This document shows positions 1 to 12,211 of a stretch of DNA of 64,000 nucleotides, piece by piece; within the stretch, counting starts at the first letter, position 1; each line of letters opens with the position of its first letter. Under the pieces are notes generated by a model that saw only the letters and a list, made by a program, of their open reading frames with translations, had not been told where the DNA came from and made no database searches. The DNA comes from Octopus sinensis (Eukaryota). The position numbers and the translations under genes are program-made. The stretch is taken from NCBI RefSeq assembly GCF_006345805.1, contig NC_043011.1, forward strand, positions 34,236,464 through 34,300,463. The letters are read 5' to 3'.

Positions 1-304
1 CTGAATCCTCATCATTGATTAAAGATACATATATATATGTATGTATAGGATACATAAATATACATAAAGGAGATACATAAATATATGTATGTATAGGATT
101 AAGAATTATACTCACTGAATTACCTCCCCTCGACCGTGGATTTCCATATTCCATGCATTTCCTTAATGGGAAGCCTCACACATCCTGCAATTAATATTAC
201 AATGGCTGCCCTTGTGACATTATTATTACACGGACTTTTTCAAACGGACAAAACCCTTTGCAACTTTCGTCCTGTGTTTTGTCCCTTTATGTTTTAATTG
301 ATTT

Positions 305-335
305 TTGTTAGCCCTTGGGGCCAATAAACGAACGA

Positions 336-389
<54 letters not shown>

Positions 390-416
390 ATTATAATAAT
401 AATAATAATAATAATA

Positions 417-449
<33 letters not shown>

Positions 450-530
450 ATCATTATTATTATTATTATCATCATCATCATCATCATTATCATCATCATC
501 ATCATTATTATTATTATTGTTATTATTATT
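305..530. repeat. (TTA)n/(TAA)n/(TCA)n microsatellite
   Basis: Direct trinucleotide runs; these produce the poly-Y/I/N ORFs. Confidence 0.95.
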
Positions 531-536
531 AGTATT

Positions 537-936
537 GGCTCTTTTTGGTTACAACAGCAGTTTTTCCTAGCGGTGCCATATGAAATTGTTACCCATAATT
601 ATGACCCTAGTATCGATCTATTGCATTTCAATCTGTTTTAGGGTTATGGGGGGGGGTATCTTTTTTTCTTCAGAAATGTAAATAAACCCAATCTGTTTCT
701 TAAACGAGGGACATATTCATACGTCTCAGAATGTTTTTTTTACCTCAATAGACGTCAGTGATTGGTTGAAATTGCAGAAATTGAAGAAAAAACAACAACA
801 AATATCTTACAAACTATAGAATTTTCTCAATAAAGCCAAGAGAAAAAGATGTTTTATAAACACATTCTACCAGTATACGAAGTTTAAAAGTGTTTAGTTA
901 CGTGTTTAGTTACTGCCGTTCAAACCGAAAAGATCC
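537..936 (-). mobile_element. MITE, ~400 bp, GGATCTTTTCGGTTTGAACGGCAG TIR family (Merlin/hAT-like)
   Basis: Reverse-orientation copy of the elements at 55750 and 57465. The left TIR is degenerate and the right TIR intact. Flanks TTAGTATT/TTATTATT are a near 8-bp TSD. Confidence 0.85.
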
Positions 937-959
937 TTATTATTATTAATATTAATATT

Positions 960-2330
960 ATCATCATACCCTGTGTGCCTTGGGTATGTACTGTGATTTG
1001 TTGTGATGCTCTGATGGTTACTTTATTGAAACTGTTTTGCATAGGATGCGTGCAGTGCCCAGTAATGCAATTTTCTGTATGTTATATGTGTTTGTAAGTC
1101 CTGGTGTTATTGTTATGTATTTGTCTGAATATTTTTTATCATACCTAATGCAGCTACTATGATAGGAATTGTTTCTGTTTTTAGATTCCACATTCGAGTT
1201 ACCACTATTTCTTGTCTTTGTATTTTGAAGGTTTCTCCATTTCTTTCAGAGACACATTGTCATCTGCTGGTATTGACACATCAATTAGAAAACATCTTTT
1301 TTCTTCATGATCTCTGATAACTATATCTGGCCTGTTGGCCTTAATTTCTCTATCTGTGTGTATTGGCATATCCCAGAGTATGGTTGCTTTCTCGTTTTCT
1401 GTGTCCTTTTCTGGTGTGTGCCTATACCATCTTTTTTCTGTTGTTATTCCATAATGTTGGCATAGCTTCCAGTGTATGTAGGTCCCAACTCTGTCGTGTC
1501 TGTGAATATATTCCTTCTTAGCTAGGACTGGGCAGCCAGAGATAATGTGATTTATTGTTTCTTGTCCATCTCCACATATTCTGCAGTTACTTGTTATATT
1601 TCTTTCATTATATGTTTTTGGTAATTTCTGGTGGGGAGGCTGGGATTTTTCTTTGTCTATTTCTTTTGCATTTAGTTTAGTACAGTATTTGCCATGAAGG
1701 GGCTTTTCTTGCCATCATTTTATCATGGTCTGTTGCTGTTCTAGTTTTAGTTTGGATTTCATTTGTTTTATAGCTTTTGTTGTTGTTGTTTCTTCTTCTT
1801 CTTCTTCTTCTTCTTCTTCTTCTTCTTCTTCTTCTTCTTCTTCTTCTTCTTCTTCATATTTGTTAGGTGGTATGATTTCTTGTTTGTATTTGTCAGCTTC
1901 CTTAAATACTGAGAACAGTTTTTTTTTGTTTTGCTCATGTTTTGCTGCTATTTGAATCAGTTTTCCTTGCTTCTGAAGTAGATATTTTTGCAGTCCTATT
2001 TTGTAATAGTTTTCCAGCTGTATAAGGCCTCTACCACCTTCTATACGTTGTATATATAGCCTTACTATGTCAGATTTTGGGTGATGTATCCTAGATCCTG
2101 TCATTATTTTTTTTGTTTTCCTATTTATTTTGGTTACTTCATTTAGTGCCCAGTTAAGGATATTGTAGCTGTAACTTATAACTGGGACGGCTAAAGTGTT
2201 AATACCTATTATTTTGTTTTTAGCATTGAGCTCTGTTTTTAGTATTGATCTAACTCGTCTATAGTATTCTTTTTTATTTTCTCTTTCATTTGTGTGTGTT
2301 GTATCTTATCTAGTTCATGGATTCCTAAAT
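960..2330 (-). mobile_element. R4/Dong-like non-LTR retrotransposon 3' remnant (restriction-like endonuclease)
   Basis: Minus-strand translation includes HPKSDIVRLYIQRIEGGRGL, CRICGDGQETINHIISGC (zinc knuckle), RHDRVG and ANRPDIVIRD. It is disrupted, carries an in-frame (GAA)n expansion at ~1790-1856, and ends beside TTA repeats. Confidence 0.8.
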
Positions 2331-2899
2331 ATTTGTAAGTTTGGCTTTGGTCTAATTCTCTGAAAAAAAAGTTTGGGAATCACTGGGTTAAACCCAGGGC
2401 TAGTAGAAGATACTGGCCTAAGGTGTCATGCAATAAGACTAAACTAGAAACCACTTGACTGCAAAGGGAGCTTCTTAACCACATAGCTGTACTTGCATCC
2501 AATTCATGTAATTTTTACACATAAAATGAACAAAAGAGAAATTTTTTTATATCAACAAAATGGAGTAAAGTCTACTTTTTGTAAGGAGTTTTGTTTCAGA
2601 GTAAATAACAACAACGAAATGTTTAAATGCATCTTTTTTCCACTCTTCTTACAGTATGGATGTTTACAGAAACAGATGATATCATCTTCACAAAGGAAAA
2701 TTTTTCTCGGCCAGTGCCACATAAACACGACTTGATCTCCTGCCTTGGGTCGTTTGGTTGATGGGTTACCTCTCAGCCTGATTTACAGGTAATATTCTCT
2801 GCTTTGCTACCTTTGTGCAGGTGTTTGATGGGAGGGAGTAAGTATGGGAGTGTGAGGAGTAGTGTTGTTTTTAAATATATTTTGTTCTCTTCGGTATGG

Positions 2900-3402
2900 T
2901 CATGTTATACATGTGAATGAAGACAGATGCATCAAGATGTGCCAATCTGTAATTATGGAGAGAACATGTGGAAGGGGTAGACTCAGGAAGGTATGGGATG
3001 AAGTGGTGAGAATGGACGTTCAGACATTGGGCCTCAGAGAGGGGATGACAAAGGACCGATACTCCTGGCAGTTTGCTGTGCTTGAGAAGGTATGTTAAGC
3101 TAACTAAAATCGTGGTTATCCTTACATATAGGCATGTCCCCTGCATCCCACTTAAGTTGAGCAACCTCAAACTTGTGGAATCATGGGTGCTGGTACCATG
3201 TAAGAAGCACCTGTGCCAGTGCTCCATAAAGGCACCTGGTACATTCTGTAAAGTGGTTGGCATTAGGAAGGACATCCAGCCATAGAAACCATGCCAAAGC
3301 AGACATGGAGCCCAGGTAGCTCTCTAGCTGGCCAACTCCTGTCAGGCTGTCCAACCCATGCCAGCATGGAGAACAGACCTTACATGATGTTGATGACGAT
3401 GA
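2900..3402 (+). mobile_element. RTE LINE 3' end fragment with (GAT)n tail
   Basis: GRGRLRKVWDEVVRMDVQTLGL, followed by the same 3' UTR motifs as 22600-23335. Confidence 0.7.
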
Positions 3403-4001
3403 TTTCTTTTTACACTTTCATGTAATTTTATTTAACAAGATATGTTAGAATATTTCAGTCATACTTAGTTGTGAAGGCACAAGGCCTAGTGGTTAGGGTG
3501 TTGTACTCATCATCATAAGACCATGGTTTCAATTCCCAGACCAGGCAGTGTGTTGGTTCTTGAGCAAAACACTTAATTTCACATTGCTTTAGGCCACTCA
3601 GCCATAAATGAGTTCTGGGTTTTGGGTTCAGTTCCAATAGTGTTTCTGGGTTCTATTCCACTGCATGGTATCTCCTATAGCCTCAGTCTAACAAAAGCCT
3701 TGTGAGTGGATTTGGTAGATGGAAACAGAAAGAAACTTGTATATATTTGTGTGTATGTTTGCGTTTGTCCCCCACCACTGCTCACCAACTAGTGTTGGCA
3801 TTTTATGCCCCCCCCCCCATAACCTAGCAGCTCAGCGTAAGAAACCAATAAGTACCAGGCTTCAATAAAAGAAGTAAGTACCAGGGTGGATTCATTTGAC
3901 TAAAAGTTCTTCAAGGCAGTGCCCCAGCATGGCCACAGTGTAATGACTGAAACAAAAAAGAGATGAGAGATATATAGGCTGCGTGGTTAAGACATATATA
4001 T

Positions 4002-4505
4002 ATTACATGGAAAAATGCGAGCATGAAAAGTAATATTCTTAAGATTATAAACCTGGAAAAGTACAGGACAAGTTATTACACCTGTAAAAGTATAGGACAA
4101 GCTATTACTTCTAGTAAAGTAAAGATTAAGAAACTTTTTACTTAAAATATTGCTGCAAAGAATGCCAGTTCTTCTAATTTATCACTCTTTACAGTTCTCA
4201 TCTTTTAAATCTATTGTACAAAACTGTTGAGCTAATTTGTAAGTTTGTCTAATTAGTCACTTTTTTCTGTTTTTAAGGTAGTAAATTAGCCAAATTCTAC
4301 TTAAATAAGTATAGTGTTATTTGTAAACTATAATAAAATAATTTTTAATATTCAAATTTTAATTTTAGCTGCAATATTTTAAGTAAAAAGCTTCTTAACT
4401 TCACTAGAAGTAATAGCTTTTCCAGGTGTAATAACTTGTCCTGTACTTTTCCAGGTTTATAATCTTAAGAATATTACTTTTCATGCTTGCATTTTTCCAT
4501 GTAAT
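4002..4505. mobile_element. Long-TIR (foldback-type) MITE
   Basis: 4002-4084 and 4423-4505 are 83-bp inverted repeats with one mismatch; similarity continues inward with indels. Confidence 0.85.
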
Positions 4506-5572
4506 CTATGATTTTTCCAGGCATTGTTGTTATAAGGTAATTAATAATGTGTGAATTAATAATTTAAGATTTGAACTTACTGAAAGATAATATAGATACT
4601 GAAAGATAATATTTCAAGTTTTCCACGTAAGTGATGATAATATTTCAGTTTTTTTCATGTTTAATTTAAATATATGTTGTGATTGAATTATTTGATATTA
4701 CCCATCCACACCAAATTATTGGCTGGGAATTTTACTATCTTGTTGGTTGCACCATGGCTCACCAAAAGTTACAAACAACAAGACCCCAAAACCATCAGTT
4801 ACCAGGCTCACCTTAGTTAACCTATATTTTAAGTCTGTGATAATAGCACTGGCTGCTGCTAATCAAGATCTATTAATAATTATTCAATACAAGAGTAATT
4901 ATAAAAGCATATCAGATATACACAAGTTTAATAAAAATTTGATTTATGCAAAATCCCTTTTAATTAATTTTGAAATTTAAAAAGTAAATGTAGAATATAA
5001 GCACTTTTAACCAATGCCTTTTCTGGACAGCCTTACTACATGCCTTCAGGTCTGCCCATAGAGACACAGCCAAAAATGACTATATTCCTGCCCCAATAAA
5101 TTTAGATGCACATATGTGAAGCATGTAACACATTAATGAACTAGTGTGATTAAATAATTAACTAAAAAGAAAAGGAAAGCAACTAAAAGGGAAAAGCAAA
5201 TAAAGTAGAAAGCACACTAATTAAAGCTGAAAGAGTAAATTAATAATAAAAGTTAAACTTACCCTAATTCAACAGCATATTAAAAATAGCTTTATTAAAT
5301 ACTTTATTAAAATTTAAAAAATATTTGGGTGAAATACCGCTAAGCATTTCGCCTGGTGCGCTAACGTTTCTGCCAACTTGCCCAGTTAGAATCTAAACAT
5401 TCATTTTAGAAATATATTCTTATCTTAACATTGTTGCTTGGGGTGTTACTTCTTACTTCCTCACTTACTGACAATAAATTTCATGACATTTTACCTCATA
5501 ACTTTTTTCTAATAATTATTGTTCAATGCGACTAACAATTCTAAATAATAATAATAATAATAATAATAATAA

Positions 5573-5885
5573 TTGTGTACAGTGCTCAGGTGCACTACAA
5601 CTCATCTAAAGTGTATATATAATCAGGTGAAGTTTCGGCGGATTTCGGAAAGCATGAGGGCCTTAAAAGATGCAGTGTCATGGCAGTCAACAACTGACGC
5701 AGGCAGTTTATTCCATGCTTCAGCAACTCTGAGCGTGAAAAAATGTTTCCGAAAGTCATGGGAGCTGTATTGTTTTCTGACTTTGTAGGCATGTCCACGT
5801 GTGTTAGACACATGGAGATCAAAAAGGTGTTCAGTGTTGTTGTTGGTGAGGTGGTTGATAACTTTGTGGGTGTTTACCAAGTCCG
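5573..5885 (-). mobile_element. CR1/L2-type LINE 3' end with (ATT)n tail
   Basis: TRGHAYKVRKQYSSHDFRKHFFTLRVAEAWNKLPASVV; near-identical shorter copy at 43983-44161. Confidence 0.85.
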
Positions 5886-6649
5886 TCGCCAAATGAATTC
5901 CTCATGCATTTTTCTATCATTTAAGCCTAAGAAAAGTATACTTTTATTTTAAAATTTAAAAAAAAAATTATATTAATTGAAGATGAATAGATACCTTACT
6001 GCCCACCTTTAGGCCTCACATATTTTGATGTAACTTTTACTCTACTGAACCAAATCTCAAACTATTTATGCCAAAGTGTAGCTTAGGAGGTGTCCTCTTT
6101 AAAACTGTTAACTGAATTAGTGGTGAAGCTTTGAAGCTGGTGTGATTGATGAAATGGTGGACTTAAGAATATATTCAACCACTACCATGGTTGAATGATA
6201 CTCACACACACAACACACACACACACACACATGCAATGGGCTTTCTGCAGTTTCCATGTACCACTAAATTCGCTCACAAAGCTTCAGGGCTGTAGAAGAA
6301 GACACTTACCTAGTGACCGTCTTAACAAAAACCACCACTACTACTGTTATAAGAACCATCATTATCACTTCTGTATCCAAATCATGAAATATTGTCATTA
6401 ATTTTGCCACCCACTAACAACTACTACCATACAGCCATGGTGGTGGTGGTGGTGGCAGTGGCGGTGGTGGTGGTGGTTATAGTAATAGTTGTGATGTTGG
6501 TGGGGATGTTAGTGGTTGTCTTGGTGATTTGGGAGGGGGATGGCAGTGGTGGTAGTGGTTGTGTTGGTGGTGGTGGTAGGGTTTGTGGTGTGCAGAGATT
6601 GTTTTCTTCATTTTTATCAGTCATAATGTAGAGCCTTCAAATAATTTAC

Positions 6650-6799
6650 TTATCTTTCAAACCAAATGTTATCGAGTTATTTTTTCTTTCTGCTTTCCTC
6701 TTTTCATACCACCCACCTCTTGTTCTAAGTACCAAACTGTCCCCCAGGTTAAAATCTTCCATCATAATTTCATGCAAGATATTTCCATTTATCCATACT
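6650..6799 (-). other. Unassigned coding-like exon (ubiquitin-like C-terminal motif)
   Basis: Open frame between AACAG and GTAAAT: VWINGNILHEIMMEDFNLGDSLVLRTRGGWYEKRKAERKNNSITFGLKD. Confidence 0.3.
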
Positions 6800-6932
6800 C
6801 TGTTATATGCCAAATTTTATAATGAAAAAGTTAATTATTTCACTAAAGCCTTCTAATAAGTTTTTCAAAAGTAATTAAAACATTGAAACACACAACCATA
6901 TGGTAACCAAAAGGTTAAAGATATACATATAG

Positions 6933-7290
6933 CAGGAGTGGCTGTGTGGTAAGTAGCTTGGTTACCAACCACATGGTTCCGGGTTCAGTCCCACTGCGTG
7001 GCACCTTGCCCAAGTGTCTTCAACTATAGCCTCGAGCTGACCAAAGCTTTGTGAGTGGATTTAGTAGAGAGTAACTGAAAGAAGCCTGTCATATATATAT
7101 ATATAGGTATGCATATATTTGTGTGTCTGTGTTTGTCCACCCAATATCACTCGACAACTAATGCTGGTGTGTTTACATCCCCATAACTTAGCGGTTTGGC
7201 AAACAAGACCAATAAAATAAGTACTAGGCTTCCAAAGAATAAGTCCTAAGGCAGTGCTCCAGCATAGCCACAAAACGAATAAAAGAACTA
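6933..7290 (+). mobile_element. tRNA-derived SINE family 1 (representative copy)
   Basis: Head GGAGTGGCTGTGTGGTAAG...GGTTCAGTCCC (A/B boxes), internal TA/TG tract, body ending CCAGCATGGCC. Many copies, e.g. 16790-17815, 42140-42560, 49770-50170 and 56490-56845 on the minus strand. Confidence 0.85.
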
Positions 7291-7510
7291 AAAGGTTGTT
7301 GAGATGCTTGAACAGAGATGTGTAGATTTGTGCTGCATTCAAGAAGTTATTCAGAGAGGAACTTCTAGATTCCTCACAGGCAAAGAACATAGGTATAAGA
7401 TTCTTCTGATTATGGAACATTGATAGGGTCAGGAGCATGAGTGTACTCCTCATGGAGGAATGGGTTGATAAGGTAATCGAGGTAGTCAGAGTCTATGATA
7501 GAATACTTAA

Positions 7511-7980
7511 GCTTAGACTAGTGCTGCAACTACTTACTTGTACTTGTGGCGACATTCACCCTGGGCGGGTTGAGTCGGCTTCTTCTACCACCTTCAAGGC
7601 ATCTCGAACCATGGCAGTGGAAGAATTTTCGTGGGAATATGAATTTCACAAGCGGTCCCCAACAATCCCGCATGTAGAGACATCCTGTTTGCTGCAGATT
7701 GTCCGCAGACGCAGGGACAGAAAAACTGAGGATCCGCTAGTTGCCGAAACAGACACTCTGAGGATTTTCACCAGAGCCCCATCTACCGGGTTGTGGCCCT
7801 AATACCACTCAGTGTCAGACCAATCCGCCTTGGGTGGCCCTACCAGGAACATAAGTTCCCGACGGCATAGCTCTGACACTACCCGTTGCCAGCGTCCTCA
7901 CCACGGTGAGGAGGGGATGGACTTTGGGGACGCTGCAACATGGATTAGCAACCATTATCTCAGCCTATGCTCCTCAGCTA
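7511..7980 (-). mobile_element. Short non-autonomous RTE derivative (5' UTR joined to 3' end)
   Basis: Minus strand has the RTE 5' UTR motif GAGCTATGCCGTCGGG...TTCCTGGTAGGGCCACCCA and a 3' end GGGTGAATGTCGCCACAAGTACAAGTAAGT, with no RT ORF between. Confidence 0.6.
7816..7934 (-). ncRNA. Candidate HDV-like ribozyme (possibly degenerate)
   Basis: P1 AGCGTCC/GGACGCT, then GGCAAC, P4 GGGT...ACCC with an insertion, GGCGGAT at the catalytic C position, and P2 AGTCCA/TGGTCT. P3/L3 is non-canonical. Confidence 0.4.
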
Positions 7981-8266
7981 GGGCTACTTGATAGATAGAA
8001 TGACCAATTTTCTGATACCCTCTTGCAGACTACCTCATTGACAAATGGCTCATAGTTGACATTGCATGGCAATTGTAAATGTCACTGTCATACAAACATT
8101 GTCATTCATTTCCAGTCACCCTTGAAACATGTCTGGTAGCATTGAAGTATTACCTTGCTCAGAGAGAAGCAAGAATTGCAAACAGGAAGGACATCCTAGC
8201 TACAACAGACCTGCCTCAATGAATTCCATCTGAGGGGTGCAAGCTTGAGAAAGTGGAAGTTAAAAC

Positions 8267-8329
<63 letters not shown>

Positions 8330-8336
<7 letters not shown>

Positions 8337-8655
8337 TGATTTCACTTCGGCATGGCAATAGTAAGTATCTGTTGTGAGAATTCAACAGACATATGTTCCA
8401 GAGTAAAGCGTTGAGTACAAGATGTAATATAAATTAATGAATAACAAAAAACAGGAATATTACTTTATAATTTTCATTAGCTTTCAGCTGTTTCTGCTAT
8501 ATGAAGTATTATGCTTGGAGCTTTGTGCTTATGCAACATCATATAGCTTACTCAGAACCATGAAGTGTTTCACAATAAATGTGAAACAAGGTGGGAAAAA
8601 ATAGTACTTGAATGCTGAAGGTAGAGTAATATCTATGTGTACTTGAGTGTGTCTG

Positions 8656-8725
<70 letters not shown>

Positions 8726-9170
8726 CACACACACACATACACACATATCGAGTAATGGATGGCAAGAGGATGTGAGTAAAGTAATCATATTCATTAGCTT
8801 ACAGCTGTTTCTGCTCTGAGGAGCAGTGCATTCAGAGCCGAGTGTTTGTGCAACTTTCTATAGCTTTTATGGATCCATCACAGTGAAGCAAATCTTTATT
8901 TTGGAAAGCATTGAAATATATAGAAATAAAAGAGAATTTCAAATAAACATTCATGTCATTTTCATGGTGGGAAAAAATAGTACTCAAATACTGGAGGTAG
9001 AGTAATATTATTACTCTACCTCTGGTATTCGAATACTATTTTTTCCCACCTTGTTTCACATTTATGTGCTTACTCGGGTATATATACTGGATCACATCTG
9101 CCTGATGAACAGGAACATGAAAATCTGAGTAGCAGTTTTTTTTGTAATGTTTTAACAGCTTTAATAATAA
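8330..9170. mobile_element. Penelope-like non-autonomous termini (family 2), tandem and inverted
   Basis: The block CAAGGTGGGAAAAAATAGTACT...GGTAGAGTAATAT recurs at ~8590, 8966, 11565 and 63030 in both orientations, next to (TA)n and hammerhead motifs. Confidence 0.6.
9098..9135 (+). ncRNA. Type I hammerhead ribozyme motif (decayed), family 2
   Basis: CTGC-CTGATGA-ACAGGAACAT-GAAA-ATCTGAG-TA/GCAG. Stem I is 4 bp; stem II is consistent with CpG decay of ACG-GGAA-CGT. Confidence 0.55.
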
Positions 9171-9673
9171 AGTGTGTGTGTGCCTTTATGATGTACATGT
9201 ATAATTTACACATGCATATAAATAAAGATATATCCATTTAAAAGTATTAACTGTCAGATAAAACAATACTCTGTACCATGCTAGAGGTTAAAGATATTCT
9301 ATTTTGGTTGAGTTTGTCCATTGCTACTCTGAATTTCACCTGTAAGAGCATGTAGTATCTTCAAGCAAGTTTGCACAGTTATCTGTATTGAATATTTTTC
9401 CAAAATCTAGGTCAAAGGTTCTCAACCATTTCTTTTTTTAATCTATAGACCCTTTTGGTTACTATTTTACTCTGGTGGACCTCCATAGCCATTCATTGTT
9501 TAGAAACTTCTTTTTATAGAAACTTCTTTCAAAACTCCTAAACTTGTTTAGATTGAACTATGTAAAATGTTAGAGAAAGAAACCTAGCTGTTTCTTGCAA
9601 TACACACCAATACATACATTTAAGGCAAAATTGTTTTCAGGGGCCATATGGACTCCTGTTGGGAACCACTGAT

Positions 9674-9991
9674 CTAGGCAGACCAGACCAAATCTGCATT
9701 TGCTTGAAAACCCCTAATATTGTGCCACCAACACACAGTGCTACTGACATTGTGATTGTGTAAGCTCACATGGACTCCTCTATTTCTTCTAATGAATACT
9801 TTCATAAAATTCAAGTAGATCATATCTACAAATGTCTGGGAAGTACTAACATAGTGTTGCAAACTGAGAGGGCAGAAAAATAAAGCAAGCTGGCAGTATT
9901 TTATCAGTCTCTCTGATAATTCTTTTTGCTGATCGTGTTGATATGTCAAAGTAAACAAGCAGACAGGCCTGTAATTTTGGCATCTGCTCAT
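9674..9991 (-). mobile_element. CR1/L2-type reverse transcriptase remnant
   Basis: CQNYRPVCL (NYRPISL motif) and VDMIYLNFMKVF (VDxIYLDFxKAF motif). Confidence 0.7.
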
Positions 9992-10839
9992 GCATGCTTC
10001 TTTTTGTTGTTGTTCTTGTTGTTTTACTATATAATTTCATTCTTCTTCTTCAAATCTTTTTGGGGGATGGGGTGGAGAAGTGGGAGCTCACATCAACCAA
10101 GAAGCAAAATAAAAAATGTGATTTGGCTAAATGGTTTTTAAATGTGTGTAAGGATCTATTAGAAAGCCTTTCTTTTTCCTTCTTTTGCATTCAGTGCCCC
10201 TAACTCAGTACCGTGCAATGCTGTAAGGTAGTGAGACATAGTCACTGACTGCCTACAGAGAAGGTGTGAGGGCTGAGGTGAAATAAAGCATGAACATGCT
10301 GCACAGAATGGTGTTCTATTTATTCTGCCTTACTCCTTTTTTTTTTTTTTTTGCAATTTTTATTTCTTTGTCCTTTATATTATCTTTATGCTTTTTAACT
10401 TCTATAATTTTCCTACTTTCTCTGCATTCCTATTTCTCAATATTTATCACTTTTTCATTCTCTTGTTCTTCTCTTAAAATTTCCTCACTTTTGCAACCAT
10501 ATTTCACATTCTAGACTTCCAAAGAATAAGTTCTGGGGTCGATTTGCTCGACTAAAAAAGGCAGTGTTCCAGCATGGCCACAGTCAAATGACTGGAACAA
10601 GTAAAAGAGAGATACATACTGCTGTTTAAGTATCCAGGCTACAAACATAGTCTTTATTTTCTTTCTTAGCCAATGTGTGTGACATTGAAGAAGAGTGGGT
10701 TGCTATTTCTAGCAGGTGTCAGTAACTACACAGAGATTTTTTTTCCCATTTGACTTGAATGTGTGTGTATGTGTATGTACATACATACACACATACACAC
10801 ACAAGTACACACACACACCCATATATCTATAAGACATAC

Positions 10840-10869
<30 letters not shown>

Positions 10870-10871
<2 letters not shown>

Positions 10872-11440
10872 AATTACCATGTAAGGTGCTCAGGTGCACT
10901 ACAGCTTATCAAAAGGTGCACGCATAATACATAGAATTATATACAAATGTCAGGAAAGCGAAGTGTATGAGTCATGTGTATGGAGGTGGGATATCAGGTG
11001 TAGTGTTGGCGAATTTCAGGGAGCATGGAAGTTTTAAAGGATGCAATGTCTCACTAGCTAACAAATGATGCAGGTAGTTTGTTCCATGCTTTAGCAACTG
11101 ACTGTGAAAAAATGTTTCCAAAAGTCATGGAAGCTGTGCTGTTTTCTGACTTTGCAAACATGCCTACACGTGTTTAACACATGGAATTCAAAACGGTGCT
11201 CAAGGTGGTTGTTGGCATGATGGTTAATAATTTTGTAGGTGTTTACACCAAGTCAGTTCCAGATGTCAGAGCTTCAATGTATCCATGCCCAGGGAAGCAA
11301 GGCATGATGGAGGATATTTGCTTAGTTGCACGTCTCTGTACAGTTTCCAGGAGAATAATGTACTGAGCAAGATAGAGGTTCCAGACTGGTGATGCAAATT
11401 CCAAGTGTTGCTGCACCATAGTCATATACAACTTTAAAAA
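10870..11440 (-). mobile_element. CR1/L2-type LINE 3' remnant
   Basis: QHLEFASPVWNLY...LETVQRRATKQI, plus the same 3' end as 5573-5885. Confidence 0.8.
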
Positions 11441-11642
11441 GATAGCTGGAAAACAGCTATATACACATACAAAATTAAACAAGCACATGCTTATCTGATT
11501 TATCTATATAAACACACATGTATGTATATATATATATACCGGAGTAAACACATAAATGTAAAACAAGGTGGAAAAAAGAGTACTCAAATACCAGTGGTAG
11601 AGTAATATGCTTTATTTAAAGCAGCAGAAAATTCAACAAAAC

Positions 11643-11680
11643 CTGTTACTCTGAGTTTCCTGTTGCCGTTCATCGGACAG
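11643..11680 (-). ncRNA. Type I hammerhead ribozyme motif, family 2
   Basis: CTGT-CCGATGA-ACGGCAACAG-GAAA-CTCAGAG-TA/ACAG. Stem I CTGT/ACAG covaries with CTGC/GCAG at 9098; stem III is ACTC/GAGT. Confidence 0.6.
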
Positions 11681-12211
11681 TTTTTGTCATCAGGTCCTGT
11701 CAAACCACCTAACCCATGACAGTATGAAAAACGGGCATCAAATGATGATGATAATGATGATGAAAAATCTTCTTTATTTACTATTGTAGTTAATCTGTTC
11801 ACATTGTAAAACAATCCGTAGGGTAATATCAAATTTAAAGGGATTAATTTAAATAACAGACTTGCTATATGTTTATTATTCTTTTATTTGTTTCAGTCAT
11901 TTCACTGTGGCCATGTTGGAGCATTGCTTTTAGTCGAGCAAATCAACTCCAGGACTTATTCTTTGTAAGCCTAGTATATATTCTATTGGCCTCTTTTGCT
12001 GAACTGCTAAGTTACAAGGACGTAAACACACCACCATCAGTTGTCAAGCGATGTTGGGGGGACAAAGTCAGACTCACAAACATATACACACACATCCATA
12101 TATTTCTAAACTTCGGTATGTGGTGAAGCAAATCGTTGCTGAACCCTATTTATAAAGTATTACTTAAACTTACCATGAAATGGTCTTTCATGCCGAATTC
12201 TGCTTGGTGAA

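Noticed and set aside
2655-2790. Plus-strand segment with a good acceptor and GTAATA donor
   Set aside because: All three frames contain stops before the donor, and I recognise no protein or partner exons. It could be a UTR or terminal exon but is unsupported.
4817-4832. 10-nt micro-exon candidate (minus, GTTAACTAAG)
   Set aside because: Joining it to the 5037-5087 candidate creates a stop codon, and the signals could arise by chance.
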